Source: Hemiscyllium ocellatum
Taxonomy: Eukaryota
DNA length: 64,000 nucleotides
Direction of reading: 5' to 3'
Assembly: GCF_020745735.1 (NCBI RefSeq)
Contig: NC_083409.1
Span: 12,895,259 to 12,959,258, forward strand
Notes under the pieces: model-generated
The model's input: only the letters and a program-made list of their open reading frames with translations
What the model was told of the DNA's origin: nothing
The model's database searches: none
Shown here: positions 49,251 to 61,954 of the stretch, piece by piece
Layout of the letters: every line of letters begins with the position of its first letter
How positions within the stretch are numbered: position 1 is the first letter of the stretch
Program-made: the position numbers and the translations under genes

Positions 49251-50574
49251 GCAACGACTTCAAAATTAGTGCCCATTCAGGTGAGGCAAGTGAAGACACT
49301 CAGGGATTGCAATGGCAGATTGGATGGGCTCTTGATGGAAATAAACCTGCAAGGCCCTGGGGGTCGAGTAGGGGAGGGGGTGGGACTGACTGGATTGCTC
49401 CATGAAATGACAGCATTTACCTGACAGGCTGAATGTTCTCCCCCTGTGCTGGAAATAGGTCTCACTCAATGAGGGGTTCACAAATAGAGAGTTTGGATGC
49501 AGTAAATACAGGAAAAAATGTTTCTCCAGGCAGGAGGGTCAGTAACCAGAGGGCACACATTTCAGAAAGGGTCTGAAGAACAAGAGCGAAGATAGGAACA
49601 TTTTTTATCCAGCGAGTTCATGATGACTGTCTGCAAGGTGAGTGGAAGTGGATTCAACAGCAACTTTCAAAAGGGCATTTGGAGAAATAGCTGAAAAGGA
49701 AACCATTACAAGGTTATACAGGAAGGGCTGGGGAAATGGGACTCATTGAACTAATTTGACTAACAGTCACAATAGGCCCAGTGACCTCTGTCTGTGCTGT
49801 ATAAGAGCTTACACACACTTAGTCTCACCTTTACACAAAACCTGGGAGAAACAGACAACCCAGTTTACAGACAAGTGTTTTCTCAAGCAAAACGCTCTTG
49901 AACAAACTCAGAAAACAGGCCAGACTAGATTTACTGGACTATATCAGCAAATCAATGGCAAGTGAACAGTGAACCAAAAGTAATGGCACTCAACAGTATA
50001 TTCAATAGCACAACAATTGAGAGGGGAGGGATGAAGGGCAGGGGGTCAGAGAGCTCTAGGGGTCTGAAGGCTCTGCTGTCAATGGTGGGATGGAGGAAGC
50101 AGCAATGCGCAGGAGACCAGCGAGAGAAGATGGAAGGGGGAGGGAGAGAATGTGAGTCTGCAGCAGGGCACAGAGTGATGGAGGAGGGAGGCCATGGAGG
50201 CAATTGGCTGGCAGTGAGGTCAGGGTTCATTCTGGAACAACACATGGAAAGACAGGGAAGAGACCACGCCATATCAGACAAGCTGGCGTTTATGGAATTT
50301 GGCATCAGGAAGCTGGGAAAGGACATTGGAATCATATAGTTAGAAGGCAGGACAAACAGGAATTAGGGTTTCTGTGGTCAAGGGGCTGAGGTAGTGCAGA
50401 GATGGAAAATGCCGTTAAGACTGAAATAAGAGACCTACGTGATGGAGAGGATGTAGGGTTTGCAGCTCACGTATTGGACAGTCCCGAGGGAAAGAGGCCC
50501 ATGTTTACTGGTCTCTTCTGAAGCATCCAGTGGGAAGGAGGTCCATGTTTACTGGTCCTATGGGAAGATGGACC

Positions 50575-51810
50575 ATCATCATAGAGTTATGGAGGTTTAC
50601 AGCATGGCATCAGGCCCTTCAGCTCTACTCATCCATGCCGACCAAGTTTCCAAAACTGAACCAGTCCCATTTGCCTGTGTTTGGCCCAAATCTCTCCGAA
50701 TCCTTCCTATCCATGTTCCTGTAAAAATGTCCCGGAAATGTAGTAATTGTACTCACCTTTACCACTTCCTCTGGCAGTCATTGCACATACACGCCATCCT
50801 CTGTGTGAAAAGGTTGCCACTCAGGGCCCTTCTAACTCTTTCCCCTCTCAACTTAAATCTATTCCTTCTAGTATTGGACTCTCCTACTCTGGGGAAAAGA
50901 CGTTGAATATTCATCTTATCAATGACCCTCATGATTCTATAAACCTCTATCTGGTCACCCCTCAATCTTCTGCATTCCCTGGAAGAACATCTCGGCCTAT
51001 CCATCCTCGCCTTATAATTCAAACCCTCCAATCTTGGTAACATCCCTGTTAATCTTTATTTTATCCAAACCAGTGTAATAACTTCCTTCCTATAGCAGGG
51101 TGAGCAGAAATGTGCACAGTGTCCAAATGTGGCCAAATCAATGTCTTATACAGCTGTCACATGATGTCCCAGCTCCTGTACTCCCTGCTTTGACCAGTGA
51201 AGGTGAGCGTGTCAAATACCTTCTTCACCACCCTGTCTACCTGTGACATCACTATCAAGGAACTATGTACCTGTACCCCTCAGTCTCTCTGTTCAACAAC
51301 ACTCCCCATGGCTCTACCATGAATTGTGTAATTCCTGCCCTGGTTTGTCTTACCAAAAGGTAACTCCTTCCATTTATCGAAATTAAACTCCATCTGGATT
51401 TGTTGACCCACTGGCCCAGTTGATCAAGATGACATTGCACTCTTGGATAACCTTCTTCCCTGTCGACGATGCCAACAATTTTAATGTCAGCCACAAACTT
51501 ACTGACCATTCCTGCTATTTTCTCATCCACATTGTTCATATAAATGAAGACCAACAGTGGATCCAGGATCATTTCTTGTGGCAGACGGCTGGTCACTAGC
51601 CTCCAGTCTGAAGAACAACTGTCTCTCACCAGCCTCGGCCTCCTACCATCAGGCCAATTTTATATCCAATTGGCTCGCTCTCCCTTGATCCTATGTGATA
51701 TAATCTTACTGAGCATGGTGGGGGGAACCTTGTCTAAGGCCTTGCTAAAGTTCATGTAGAGAGAGTGTACTGCTCTACCTTTATCTACCTTCTTGATTAA
51801 TTCTTCAAAA
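50575..51810 (-). mobile_element. CR1 RT 3' half inserted into the minisatellite of arm B
   Basis: SRLPQEMILDPLLVFIYMNNVD...KFVAD. Minisatellite units lie on both sides. Confidence 0.85.
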
Positions 51811-53099
51811 ACTCAGCCATCCACTCATCTCTGTTGGAAAGTCCAGTTCTTCGGAGCCCCATGTTTACTGGTCTCAATTAGCAAGTTCAGTGGGAAGGAG
51901 GCCCATGTTTTCTGGTCTCAATTGGGAGGTTCAGTGGGAAGGAGGTCCATGTCTCTCCATTGGGCAGCCCCGTGAACTGAATTCAATGTTTGTTGGTCTC
52001 TGTTGGAGTGTCCATTATATCATGGACACCATGGTTGGTGTGGGGCCAGTTCCCTTCTGTTGTAACTGTGATGCTCTGAACATCATCCCAGTGAAACACG
52101 TTGACTCAGAGACTGATCATGGAATGGGAAGGAGAGGGGAAGGATTTGGAACATGTTGTGAATGGACAGGATGGGTCACTGGGTCACAACCTGTCCTGCC
52201 CCATCCCTCCAGCTCACACTGATGGCCTGAGGATCTCCTCTCTCTGCTGTGCCTTCATGGAATGAGGTTTGTGTCCAAATCAGTCCCCAGTGAGAATAGG
52301 CCAACAGCACAGAACTGCCCTTCATTTGACAAGAATCTGTCCATCTTCCTGAGAGATGCTAAACCTTGGCCACTGTGGGAAATGGGGCCTTACTCCAGGA
52401 AAAAAAAAATGCTTCTGGGGTCAAAGGTTAACATCCATTATCGGGGCAGAGCAGAAGGAGATTTATTCTGCATTCAACTGTCATCACCTGGGACACTGTG
52501 AGAAAGGGAGAGAAGCGAGACAGAGAGAGAGAGAGAGTTAGAGGGAGTGTGTGTGTGTAATCGAGGAATAGAGGGAGGAGCATCTGAGACAGATGTGAGA
52601 TATGGCAGGGGACTGAGAGAGATAGAGGGAGGTAGAAATGGTGTGGTTGATGGAGAGAAAGAGAGAGAGAGAGAGAATATGAAAGAGAATATGAAAGAGA
52701 TGAAAAGTGGGAGAGAGACAGAGAGGTAGAGAGAAAGAAGTGGCAAATGTGAGTCAAAAAGGAAGATAGAGAGAGAGGTGGACAGGTCGTGGTCACCACG
52801 TTCTGGGAAGGATTTGATTGTACTTAAGAGTGTGCAGAGATTTACCAGGATGCTGCCTGCAATAGAGAGTTAGTTATGAGGAAAGATTGGAAAGGTTGAG
52901 GTTGTTTTGCGTGGAGCAGTGAAGGTTGAGAAAGAACCTCATTGAGGGGTATAAGATTATTCAAGGCTGTGATATGGTGGGTAGGAAATAAAAGCATCAA
53001 TAAAACAGTTATTAATGTGATTCTCAGAGATGTGTCATTATTCTAGTCACAAACAACTATTTCCCAGTGAAGGGGTCCATCCTGCTGAATATTAGATAC

Positions 53100-54830
53100 A
53101 GCTGGGCTTTGGAGAAATATTGGCAGAATGGAGTGTAATGTGGGGGACAAGAATCACAAAGTTAGTACACAGCTACAGCAAGTGAATCCGGAGGCAGATG
53201 GAGTGTTGGTGCTCCTTGTAAAGGGAATGCAATCTAAAAGCAGGGACATTTTACTGCAGCTGTACAGGGGTTAGGGTTAGGGGCTTGGTGTGGGCACATC
53301 TGGAGTATGGTGTCCAGTATCAGGCTCCTTATTGAATAAAGGACAGGAGCTACATTGGATGTAGTTCAGTGATAGTTCCCTTGACTGATTCCTGGTACGG
53401 AGCGATTGTCTTATGGGCAAAGGTCAAACAGGTTTGGAATCTGATCCCTGGAGTTTAGAAGAATGAGAGGGAATCTCATTGAAATGTATAGAATTCTTAA
53501 GGGGATTGACAAGGGAAATGCTGGATGTTTCCCTTCTTGGGAGAATAAGGGCGACACAGAAAATCACTGGGTAACCACTAGGACAGGATCAGGAATGCAG
53601 GAGGACCAGAAAGCTGAACTGTATCTATTTTAATGTAAGGAGCTTGACGAGTAAGGAGGTTGAACTGAGAGCATTGACCAGCACGTGGGAATATCATATT
53701 GCTGCAAATGCTGAGACATGATTGAACAAAGATAGGACTGGCAGCTCAACATTCCAGGGTAGAGAAGTCTCAGGTGGGATAGAGGGAATGCAGGACAGGT
53801 GGTGTAATGTAGTATTGATAAAGGAGACCATCACTGCTGGATTTAAGGAGCATTCCTTGGAAGGCTTTTCAAACGAGGCCATCTGGGTGAAGCTAAAAAT
53901 ACAAAAAGAACAATGACTTTGCTGAGATTGTACTATAGACCTCCCAATAGTCAGATGGAGAGAGAGGAGGAGATATGTTGGCAAATCACAGAGAGGTGTG
54001 AGAGGAATAGGGTTATGTTAGCAAGGAGTTTCAACTTCTCTAACATGAACTGGGATTGCCTTTGTGTGAATGGTGGTATTTTTAAAGTCCATCCAGGAGA
54101 GCTTTGGGTGCCAGTATGTAGATAGTCCCTCTAAACATGGACAGTGCTGGACTCAATCCTAGGTAATGAAACCAGTCAAATAGTTGAAGAGTCAGTGGGT
54201 GAGCATTTTGCAGATATTGAACATAAGTCCATAAGTTTTATAATTATTATGGAAAGGAATAAGGGTAGTGCAGAAAGGTAATTGTCTAAAGTGAGGCAAA
54301 GCCAATTTCAATGTTATGAGACAGGATCTGGCAAATATCGACTGGGAGCAGCTACTTGCAGGTCAGTCTACATTTGGAAAGTGGGAAGCTTTTTAATGTG
54401 AGACATTGAGAATTCAAGGCCAGCTCAGAAAGAAAAGCAAGGGCAGCAACTCCTGGGATCCTGGATGTCGAGGAATATGGATAGTTTGGGAAAGGAAAAG
54501 AAGGAAACCTTTGTCAGCGACAGAGCATCAAAAACAAGAGAGGCCCTTCAGGAGGAGAGAAAGTGTGGGGAGGTGCTTAAAAAAATAGGAGGGCAAAGTG
54601 GAACCATGAAATATCTTTGGCAGCCTGAGCCCCTCACCCCAGAATGCTTAAGAAAAAGTGGCACTAGAAAGAATAGATGCATTTGTGGTCATCTTTCAGA
54701 ATTCTAGACTCTGGAGCAGTTCCTATGGATTGGAGGGTGGCTAACATAACCCCACTATTTAAGAAGGGAGGCAGAGACCGGTTAGCTTGACATCAGTAGA
54801 GGGAGAAATACTGGAGTCCATTATAAAAGA
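53100..54830 (+). mobile_element. CR1 composite (3' fragment plus endonuclease/RT fragment)
   Basis: LYYRPPNSQMEREEEICWQI. The first ~1.2 kb is paralogous to 38360-39480. Confidence 0.8.
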
Positions 54831-55304
54831 TGTGCAGCAAATTTTGTTGTAACCTGCACTTTATGAACTAGCACTCTTGACAAACCGGCAGAAGTTATAT
54901 TCCTCAAATGCCACAAAGTTTAAGACATTAGTCTGTCCAATTATTATGCATTTATCATGTAATAATTCCAATGTAAACATACTTGTTGTTTAATTGAATA
55001 TCCACATGAAATATCAACAGTTGATTCAATTTTGAGTCAATTTCTCCTCAAACACGGTGACCTGCCACGATGTCTGGGTAATCAGTTGAGAGTGTGAGTG
55101 AGAAGGATAGGGAGAAAGTGGACTATTCGAAATACAAAGCATGATGGAGGGTTGTCTTTGTGATTGGAAGCCTGTGATCAGTGGTGTAAGACAAGGATTG
55201 GGGCTGGGACCCTTTCTGTTTGTAATGTACATTAACAAATTGATTGTGATTGCATAATTAGAAAGCTTTCAGATGCCACATAAATTGGTGGTGTTGTTGA
55301 TATT

Positions 55305-56045
55305 GATTTGATTTTTATTTTATTGTCACAAGTGTTCAAGCACAAAAGTATAGGAGTGCAGTGAAAAGTATGTATTGTCGCATCACAAGGTACCATCTTA
55401 CGTACAAGGACCTAGGTACAGAATCTTAAGAACAAGATAGAAAGAAAGAATAAAGTTAAAAGATACCCATTACAGATTAATTTTAAGAAGAAAATAAAGT
55501 AACAAATCTGAAAGTTCAATCATTAGTCTTTCCTAAGCACTTAGCTACCATGGGATCATACTGCGAGTCGTTACCCTGAGACCAGAAGTCCATGCTGAGG
55601 CCGTGCTGGGCTGAGAGAACACCAAATACAGCAAAAGATCACCCTGTGGGCTAGAGACAACCACACTGGGCCACTGAGAGATGGCCATGCTAGGCTGAGA
55701 GTCCATCACGCTGGGCTGACAGTCCAGCATGCTGGGCTGAGAGGCCACCACATTAAACTGAGAGGCCTCTATGTCATACCGAGAGTCTGCCTTTCTGGGC
55801 TGGGATGTCTCCCTGCCAGGCCAGGACACTGCCACACAAAGCTGAGAGGCCATATCACTGGGTTGCACTGGTCAGAGACCAGGTGTCTGAGGCCGCGAGT
55901 CTGTGGCTGGGAGAGAAAAGATGAAACAAGGACAAAAGAAAAACACAAAAGAAAAGAAAAAAAGATTGAAGAAAAACAGGAAAAGGAAACAGTTGGAGCA
56001 GGTGAACTCGGTTTGAAGAGTCCTACTCTGCTGCCATCTTGGATT
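55305..56045 (-). mobile_element. Non-autonomous LINE-derived element (Rex/Babar-like ends) with an internal 21-bp minisatellite, inserted in a CR1
   Basis: 5' end ccaagatggcagcagagtaggac; 3' end aataaaataaaaatcaaatcaat; 21-bp units (ctgggctgagaggccaccatg-like) at about 55600-55890. CR1 RT resumes on both sides. Confidence 0.5.
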
Positions 56046-56059
56046 ACCGGGTCTCAGGC

Positions 56060-56890
56060 TACAGTCTGATATTGATCAGCTGGTAAATTGGGCAGATCAA
56101 TGGCAGATGGAATTTAATCCTGATAATTACGAGGTGATCCAATTTGGGAGGTCTGATAAGGGAGTTATATACAAAATGCAAGGTATATGCCTTGGGTGTC
56201 CTTGTGCATGGATCACAGAGGGCTGATCTGCAGGCACAACAAGTAATTAGGAGGGCAAATGGAATTTTGTCCTTCATTGCAAAAGGGATTGAGTTTAAAA
56301 AGCAGAGAGGTTATGTTGCAGCTGTACAGGGTGCTGGTGAGGCCACACCTGGAGTACTGCGTGCAGTTATGGTCTCCTTACTTGTGGAAGGGTGTACTGG
56401 CACACAAAGGGGTGCAGAGAAGGTTCACTAGGTTGATTCTGGGGTTGAGAGGGTTGACCTGTGAGAGGAGAAACTGAGTAGACTGGGATACATTCACTGG
56501 AACTTAGAAGAATGAGGGCGGTGGGGGATCTTATAGAAACATATAAAATTATGAAGAGAATAGATAAGACATAGGACGTTTCCACTGGGAGGTGAAACTA
56601 AAACAAGAGGACAGAGTCTCAAAATTAGGGGGAGCAGTTTTAGGACCAAATTGAGAAGGAACTTCTTCACCCAGAGGTCATAAATCTCTGGAATTCCTTG
56701 TCCAATGAAGTAGTCGATGCTACTTCAGTAAACGTTTTCAAAGCTAAGATTTTTTTTGAACAGGAAAGGAATTAAGAGTTACAGTGAGATCGTGGGTAAG
56801 GGGAGCTGAGTCCATGAAATGATGAGCCATGATCTTATTGAATGGCAGAGCAGGCCTGAAGGGCCAGAATGCCCACTCCTGCTCCTAGTT
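56060..56890 (+). mobile_element. CR1 3' fragment
   Basis: SREVMLQLYRVLVRPHLEYCVQLWSPYLWK and the 3' UTR. Confidence 0.85.
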
Positions 56891-57189
56891 CTTCTGTTCT
56901 TATGTTCCTTGGGAGTAGTGAGGAACAAAGGGACTTTGGTGTACAAGTCCATCAATCCCGGAAGGTATCAGCACTGCTAGGCAGGGTGCTGAAGGAGGCA
57001 TATGGGATGCTTGCCATTACTAGCCAGGGTGTAGAATATAGGAACAAAGAAGTCTCGTTGTTATTTTACAGAGCATTGATTAGGTCATATCTGAAATATT
57101 GTGTATCGTGCTGGTCATTACACTGTGAGAAGGTTGTGATTGGACTGGAGAGGGTGTAGAGGAGATTCACCAGGATGTTGCCTGGGATT

Positions 57190-60015
57190 GTCGGAGTGGG
57201 GAAAATATTCCCTGTTGAGGGAGTCGATTTCCTTCTAGAGAATAGTTTGTCAGGACTAAAGGCAGTAGCTTCCCCAATAATTACAGAATGTCCAAAGGAG
57301 ATCCAAGAAACAGAACAATGACAGGAACAGGTTCCTGGTCTCTCTCCTTCATGTGAGGTAACCAGGGCAATGGTTAAACAAAATCCATCAATAAGGGTTG
57401 ATGTGACACCACAGCAAGTGAAAGGATCGCTGAAACATTCCAAAAGGGTGAAGATAATCCAGGTGGAGTGTTTGGTATGATGTCCCTAATTACAGCAGAT
57501 CCAAGAAGCAGATCCTAAATGAACTAAATGAACACAGTCAGCTCATACTGAGGTCGTGGCTGGAGGGGTTTCAGGGTATTATTACCTTCAGAATGGAGCG
57601 CTGATGAGGAAGTGGAGACCTCCCCCCCACCCCCACCATGGACCCACAGATGCAGAATGGTCGGTTAGACATTGGCTGGTGGTCCCACCCAGCTATCATA
57701 GGGAGATATTGTGGGGAGCACATCAGATTTCCATGAGAGGACCATAGTGATTTGGAAAACACAGGCATCCTGAATCATGTGTTTTACTGAGCAAAAATTG
57801 TTTAAATATGTGGTGCAGTTTAAAAAAAAATGTCATACTGCAGCTGGCGGAATCCGCCAGCTGCAGATGCATCTGTCCTATGCAGTATCAGTCAGAGTGA
57901 GTGTCGCACAGTCTTTTTGAAAGCCAACTCCTGCCTTCCACTGAGAATAGCATCCATCATGTTGTGTGACACTATCAACACGCTAACTGGGACGGACTTA
58001 CAACCAATCTCACAACTCATGACTGGGCATCCATGAGGCACTGTGGGCCATCAACAGCAGCAGAATTCTGCTCCAGCACAATCTGAAACATAACAGCCCG
58101 GCGTATCCCCCACTCAACCATTACCATCAAACCAGGGGACCAACAATGGAGAATTCAGGAGGGCATGCCAGGAACAGCACGAGGCATGCATTAAGATGAG
58201 GTATTAACCTGGCGAAGCCACGAAAGAAGACTCCTTGCATACCAAACAGCATAAGCAGCAAATGATAGACAGAATTAAAGAATTCCATAACCAACGGATC
58301 AGGTCTAAGCACTGCAGTCCTGAAACATCTTGTCATGAGTGGTGTTGGATGATTAAACATCTCACTGGAGGAGGAGTCTCCACAAATATCCACATCCCCA
58401 ATGATGGAAGAGCCCAGCACAGCAGTGCAAAAGATAAAGCTGAAGCTTTTGCAGCAATCTTCAACCAGAGGTGCCAAGTGGATGATCCATCTTGGCCTCC
58501 TCCAGTGGTCTCCAGCATTACAGATAAAAGTCTTCAGCCAATTCGATTCACCCCACATGATGTCAACAAATGGTTCGAGGTCCTAACAAAACTGGAATCA
58601 CTGGGTATCATTGGCAAAATCTTTTGTATTTAGAGCCATACCTGACACATAGGAAGATGGTCATGATTGTTAGAGGTCAGTCATCTCAGCTCCAGGACAT
58701 CTCTGGAGGAGCTCCTCAGGGTTGTCTCCTTCGCCCAACTATCTTCAGCTGCTTCATCAATGACTTTCCCTCCACAAGGTCAGAAGGGGTGATGTTCACT
58801 GATGATTGCACGATGTTCAGCACCATTTCCAACTCCTCAGAGATTGGAGCAATCCAAGTTCAAATGCAATAAGATCTGGATAATATCCAGGCTTGGGCTG
58901 AAAAGTGATAAATAACTTTCATGCCATACAAATGCTAGACTCTGACTGTCACCAATAACAATGTGGCCAAACAGTTCTTCAAGTCCACTCTGCCATTCTA
59001 TCATAGTTGATTTGTTTGTCAACCCCATTCTCCTGCCTTCTCTGTTACCCTTGATTGGTTTACCAATCAAGAAACTATCTATCTATACACTCAATGACTT
59101 GCCCTCCACAGCACTCTGCAGCAATGATTAATCCACAGATTAACCACTCTCTGGATGAAAAATCTCCTCCTTATCTCAGTTCCAAAGGATGGCCCCTTCC
59201 TTAAGAAACAATCTAACCAGTGTCCCTTGACATTCTGTGGTGTTACCATCAATGCGTCCCCCACTATCAACATCCTGGGAGTTGATAGCCAGCTGAAACT
59301 CACCAAATAAACACAGTGGCTACAAAAGCAGGTCAGAGGCTAAGAATACTGCAGCAAGTACCTCACCTCTTGTCTCCTGAAAGCCTGGCCACAATCTACA
59401 AGGCACAAGTCAGGAATGTGATGGAATACTCCCCACTTGCCTGGATTGGTGAAGCCCCAACAACACTCAAGAAGCTGAACACCATTCAGGGCAAAGCAGC
59501 CGCTTGATAGGCACAGCATCCACATGTAACCTTGCCCTCTACCGCCGACATTCAGCAGCAGCAGTGTGCACTATCTACAAGATGCACTGCAGAAATTCAC
59601 CAAAGATCCTCAGACAGCACCTTCCAAACACAACCATTTCCATCTGGAAGGACAAGGGCACCAGATATATGAGAACACCATTACCTTCAAGTTCCCCTCC
59701 AAGCCATCTTGACTTGAAAATGTATTGTGTCCCTTCACTGTTGCTGGCTCCAGATCCTGGAATTCCCTCCCTAATGGTGTTGTTGGTCAACCCACAGCAG
59801 GTGTACTGCAGCAGTTCAAGAATAGCTCAAGGGCCTTCTCAAGGGCAACTAGGGATGAGCAATAAATGCTGGCCAGCCAGCGATGCTCACATTCCACAAA
59901 ATGAATACATTAAAAAAAAACTTGTCAAGTTGTAGGTCAACCTCCACACATTATGAAAGCAGCATCCTTAATTCCTCTCCCAGTTTTTGAGGAACCATTC
60001 AGTCGTGTAGAGGTG
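57190..60015 (+). mobile_element. Gypsy pol (integrase zinc-binding region) split by a 2.1-kb L2 insertion
   Basis: YYYLQNGALMRKWRPP...LVVPPSYHREILWGAH up to tgtcatac (57838). It resumes at ttgtcaagttgtagg...LIPLPVFEEPFSR (59922-60010). Confidence 0.8.
57839..59920 (+). mobile_element. L2-clade LINE, 5'-truncated, with A-rich 3' end
   Basis: HEWCWMIKHLTGGG...KDKAEAFAAIFNQRC, SGGAPQGCLLRPTIFSCFINDFP, MFTDDCT, IYKAQVRNVMEYSPLAW. Ends aatgaatacattaaaaaaaaa. Confidence 0.85.
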
Positions 60016-61520
60016 TGTCCAGCACTGAGTGTAGCAGAAAGGGGATGAGAAAAAGTTTGAGAGCCAAAGAGAATTGGTCAATTCTCAAAGTGAACTTTCT
60101 CCTGTGAGGTGAACAGACTCAGAGGCATTAGAGAATTCAGATACTGCATTTTTGTATCTGGAGAAAGATTAACAGAGGGACAGAGGGAGATTGCTCAGAG
60201 AATACAAAGAAGTTTGTCTGAGGAGTGGTTGAGGTCTGTACTCGATCAGTATTCGATGGAGTTGAGAAGGATGAGTGAAAATCTCAGTGAAACATACAGT
60301 ATACTGAGAGGCCTGGATAGAGTAGACATGGAGACGATGTTTCCACTTGGCAGAGAGACTGGGACCAGAGGGCACAGCCCCAGAAGGGGCCATCCTTTGG
60401 AACTGAGATGAGGAGGAGATTTTTCATCCAGAGAGTGGTTAATCTGTGGATTAATCATTGCTGCAGAGTGCTGTGGAGGGCAAGTCATTGAGTGTATAGA
60501 TAGATAGGTTCTTGATTGGTAAACCAATCAAGGGTAACAGAGAAGGCAGGAGAATGGGGTTGACAAACAAATCAACTATGATAGAATGGCAGAGTGGACT
60601 TGGTGGACTGTTTGGCCACATTCTGCACTGATACATGGTCTTTAAAAGATACACTTGGATGCACCACATTAATTGAACATGATGTGGAGATAGATAATTC
60701 AGACCCAATAAAACAAAACCCATTTTGGCTAAACCCAGAGAAACTGGCCAAAGTGACAAAGGAAGCTCAATGTTTGTTGGAAAATCAATTGACTGAACTG
60801 TCAGAGTAATTGGAGTTCTCCCGTGTAGGATTGAGCAAAATTCCCTATTCTCTAAAACCCTGGATTTTTAAAAACCTTTTAAAAATAAAGAGACAGCTGG
60901 GCTGAGCTCTGGGAAAAACACAGAGACACGGAGATGGCTGCCTGGAACCATTGTTCTGCCTGGAATTCCAGTTCACACCTCAACCCTTAAAGAGCACCAA
61001 CCAGAACTCATTCTCCAGACTGAACCTCACTTTTACAACACAGACATTTTGGAACCTGTACAGATACTGGACATTCAACACAATCAATACTTACTCACAG
61101 GGATATTGGGCATTCAACATCAATCAAGATACATTCATCCATACTCTTAACTGTCAGGAAGCCAACTGACCCTAAAGGGAACACCAGAAACACATTGGAC
61201 AATACAGATCTGAGGGGAGATAAAGGGACACCCAGCCTGTGTAACAGCCAGCCCTAATCTGAGGATGAGCCTTTTCAACAACAAGTTTCTGCAGGAACAG
61301 CTTCAGCAAGCCCCAACAAGCAGCTTCAGAACCAAGAACTACAGAGGCTGAACAGAGAAGCCGAATCCAGAAATCAAACCAAGAGCATCATCGCAACAAA
61401 GGACACCCGAGAGCAGGAACACCAACCAAACGCTATCTGAACAAAAGCTTCCAGAGTCAGGCCTGTTCTGAACACATTCCCAGATTCCTTCGCCCCAGTC
61501 TTACCTCCACTCTCCACCGC

Positions 61521-61521
<1 letters not shown>

Positions 61522-61556
<35 letters not shown>
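61522..61556. repeat. Poly(C) run of 35 nt
   Basis: Uninterrupted C homopolymer just upstream of a PLE terminal repeat (about 61560-61725). Confidence 0.95.
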
Positions 61557-61557
<1 letters not shown>

Positions 61558-61954
61558 CCACAGCCATTTATCTCTCAGCTCTCAGCCCATAGGCCTTATT
61601 CTTGATGAAGGGCTTATGCCCAAAACGTTGATTCTCCTGCTCCTCGGATGCTGCCTGACCTGCTGTGCTTTTCCAGCACAACACTCTCAACCCTGATCTC
61701 CAGCATCTGCCGTCCTCACTTTCTCACAGACCTGTCCTGAGCCAAGAGAACCGACAGCGAGAACCTCACCAACAGGACACATATTAAACCTGTATTTTCC
61801 TCGATGCTGAGCTGAAAACCCTGAGACCCCAAAGTTTCCCTCTGAGCTCGCAGGGAGGGGATGGTGGGTGGTGGCAGTGCATTGGGACCCAAGGGTAGGG
61901 AGCCTGATTAAAGTTTGTGTGACTCAAACTGTTTTGCTTCGAATAGTAGAAAGT

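Noticed and set aside
28500-55890. Spaced repeats superficially like a CRISPR array (28.5-28.8 kb and 55.6-55.9 kb)
   Set aside because: Degenerate tandem minisatellites without unique spacers, in a vertebrate genome with no cas genes.
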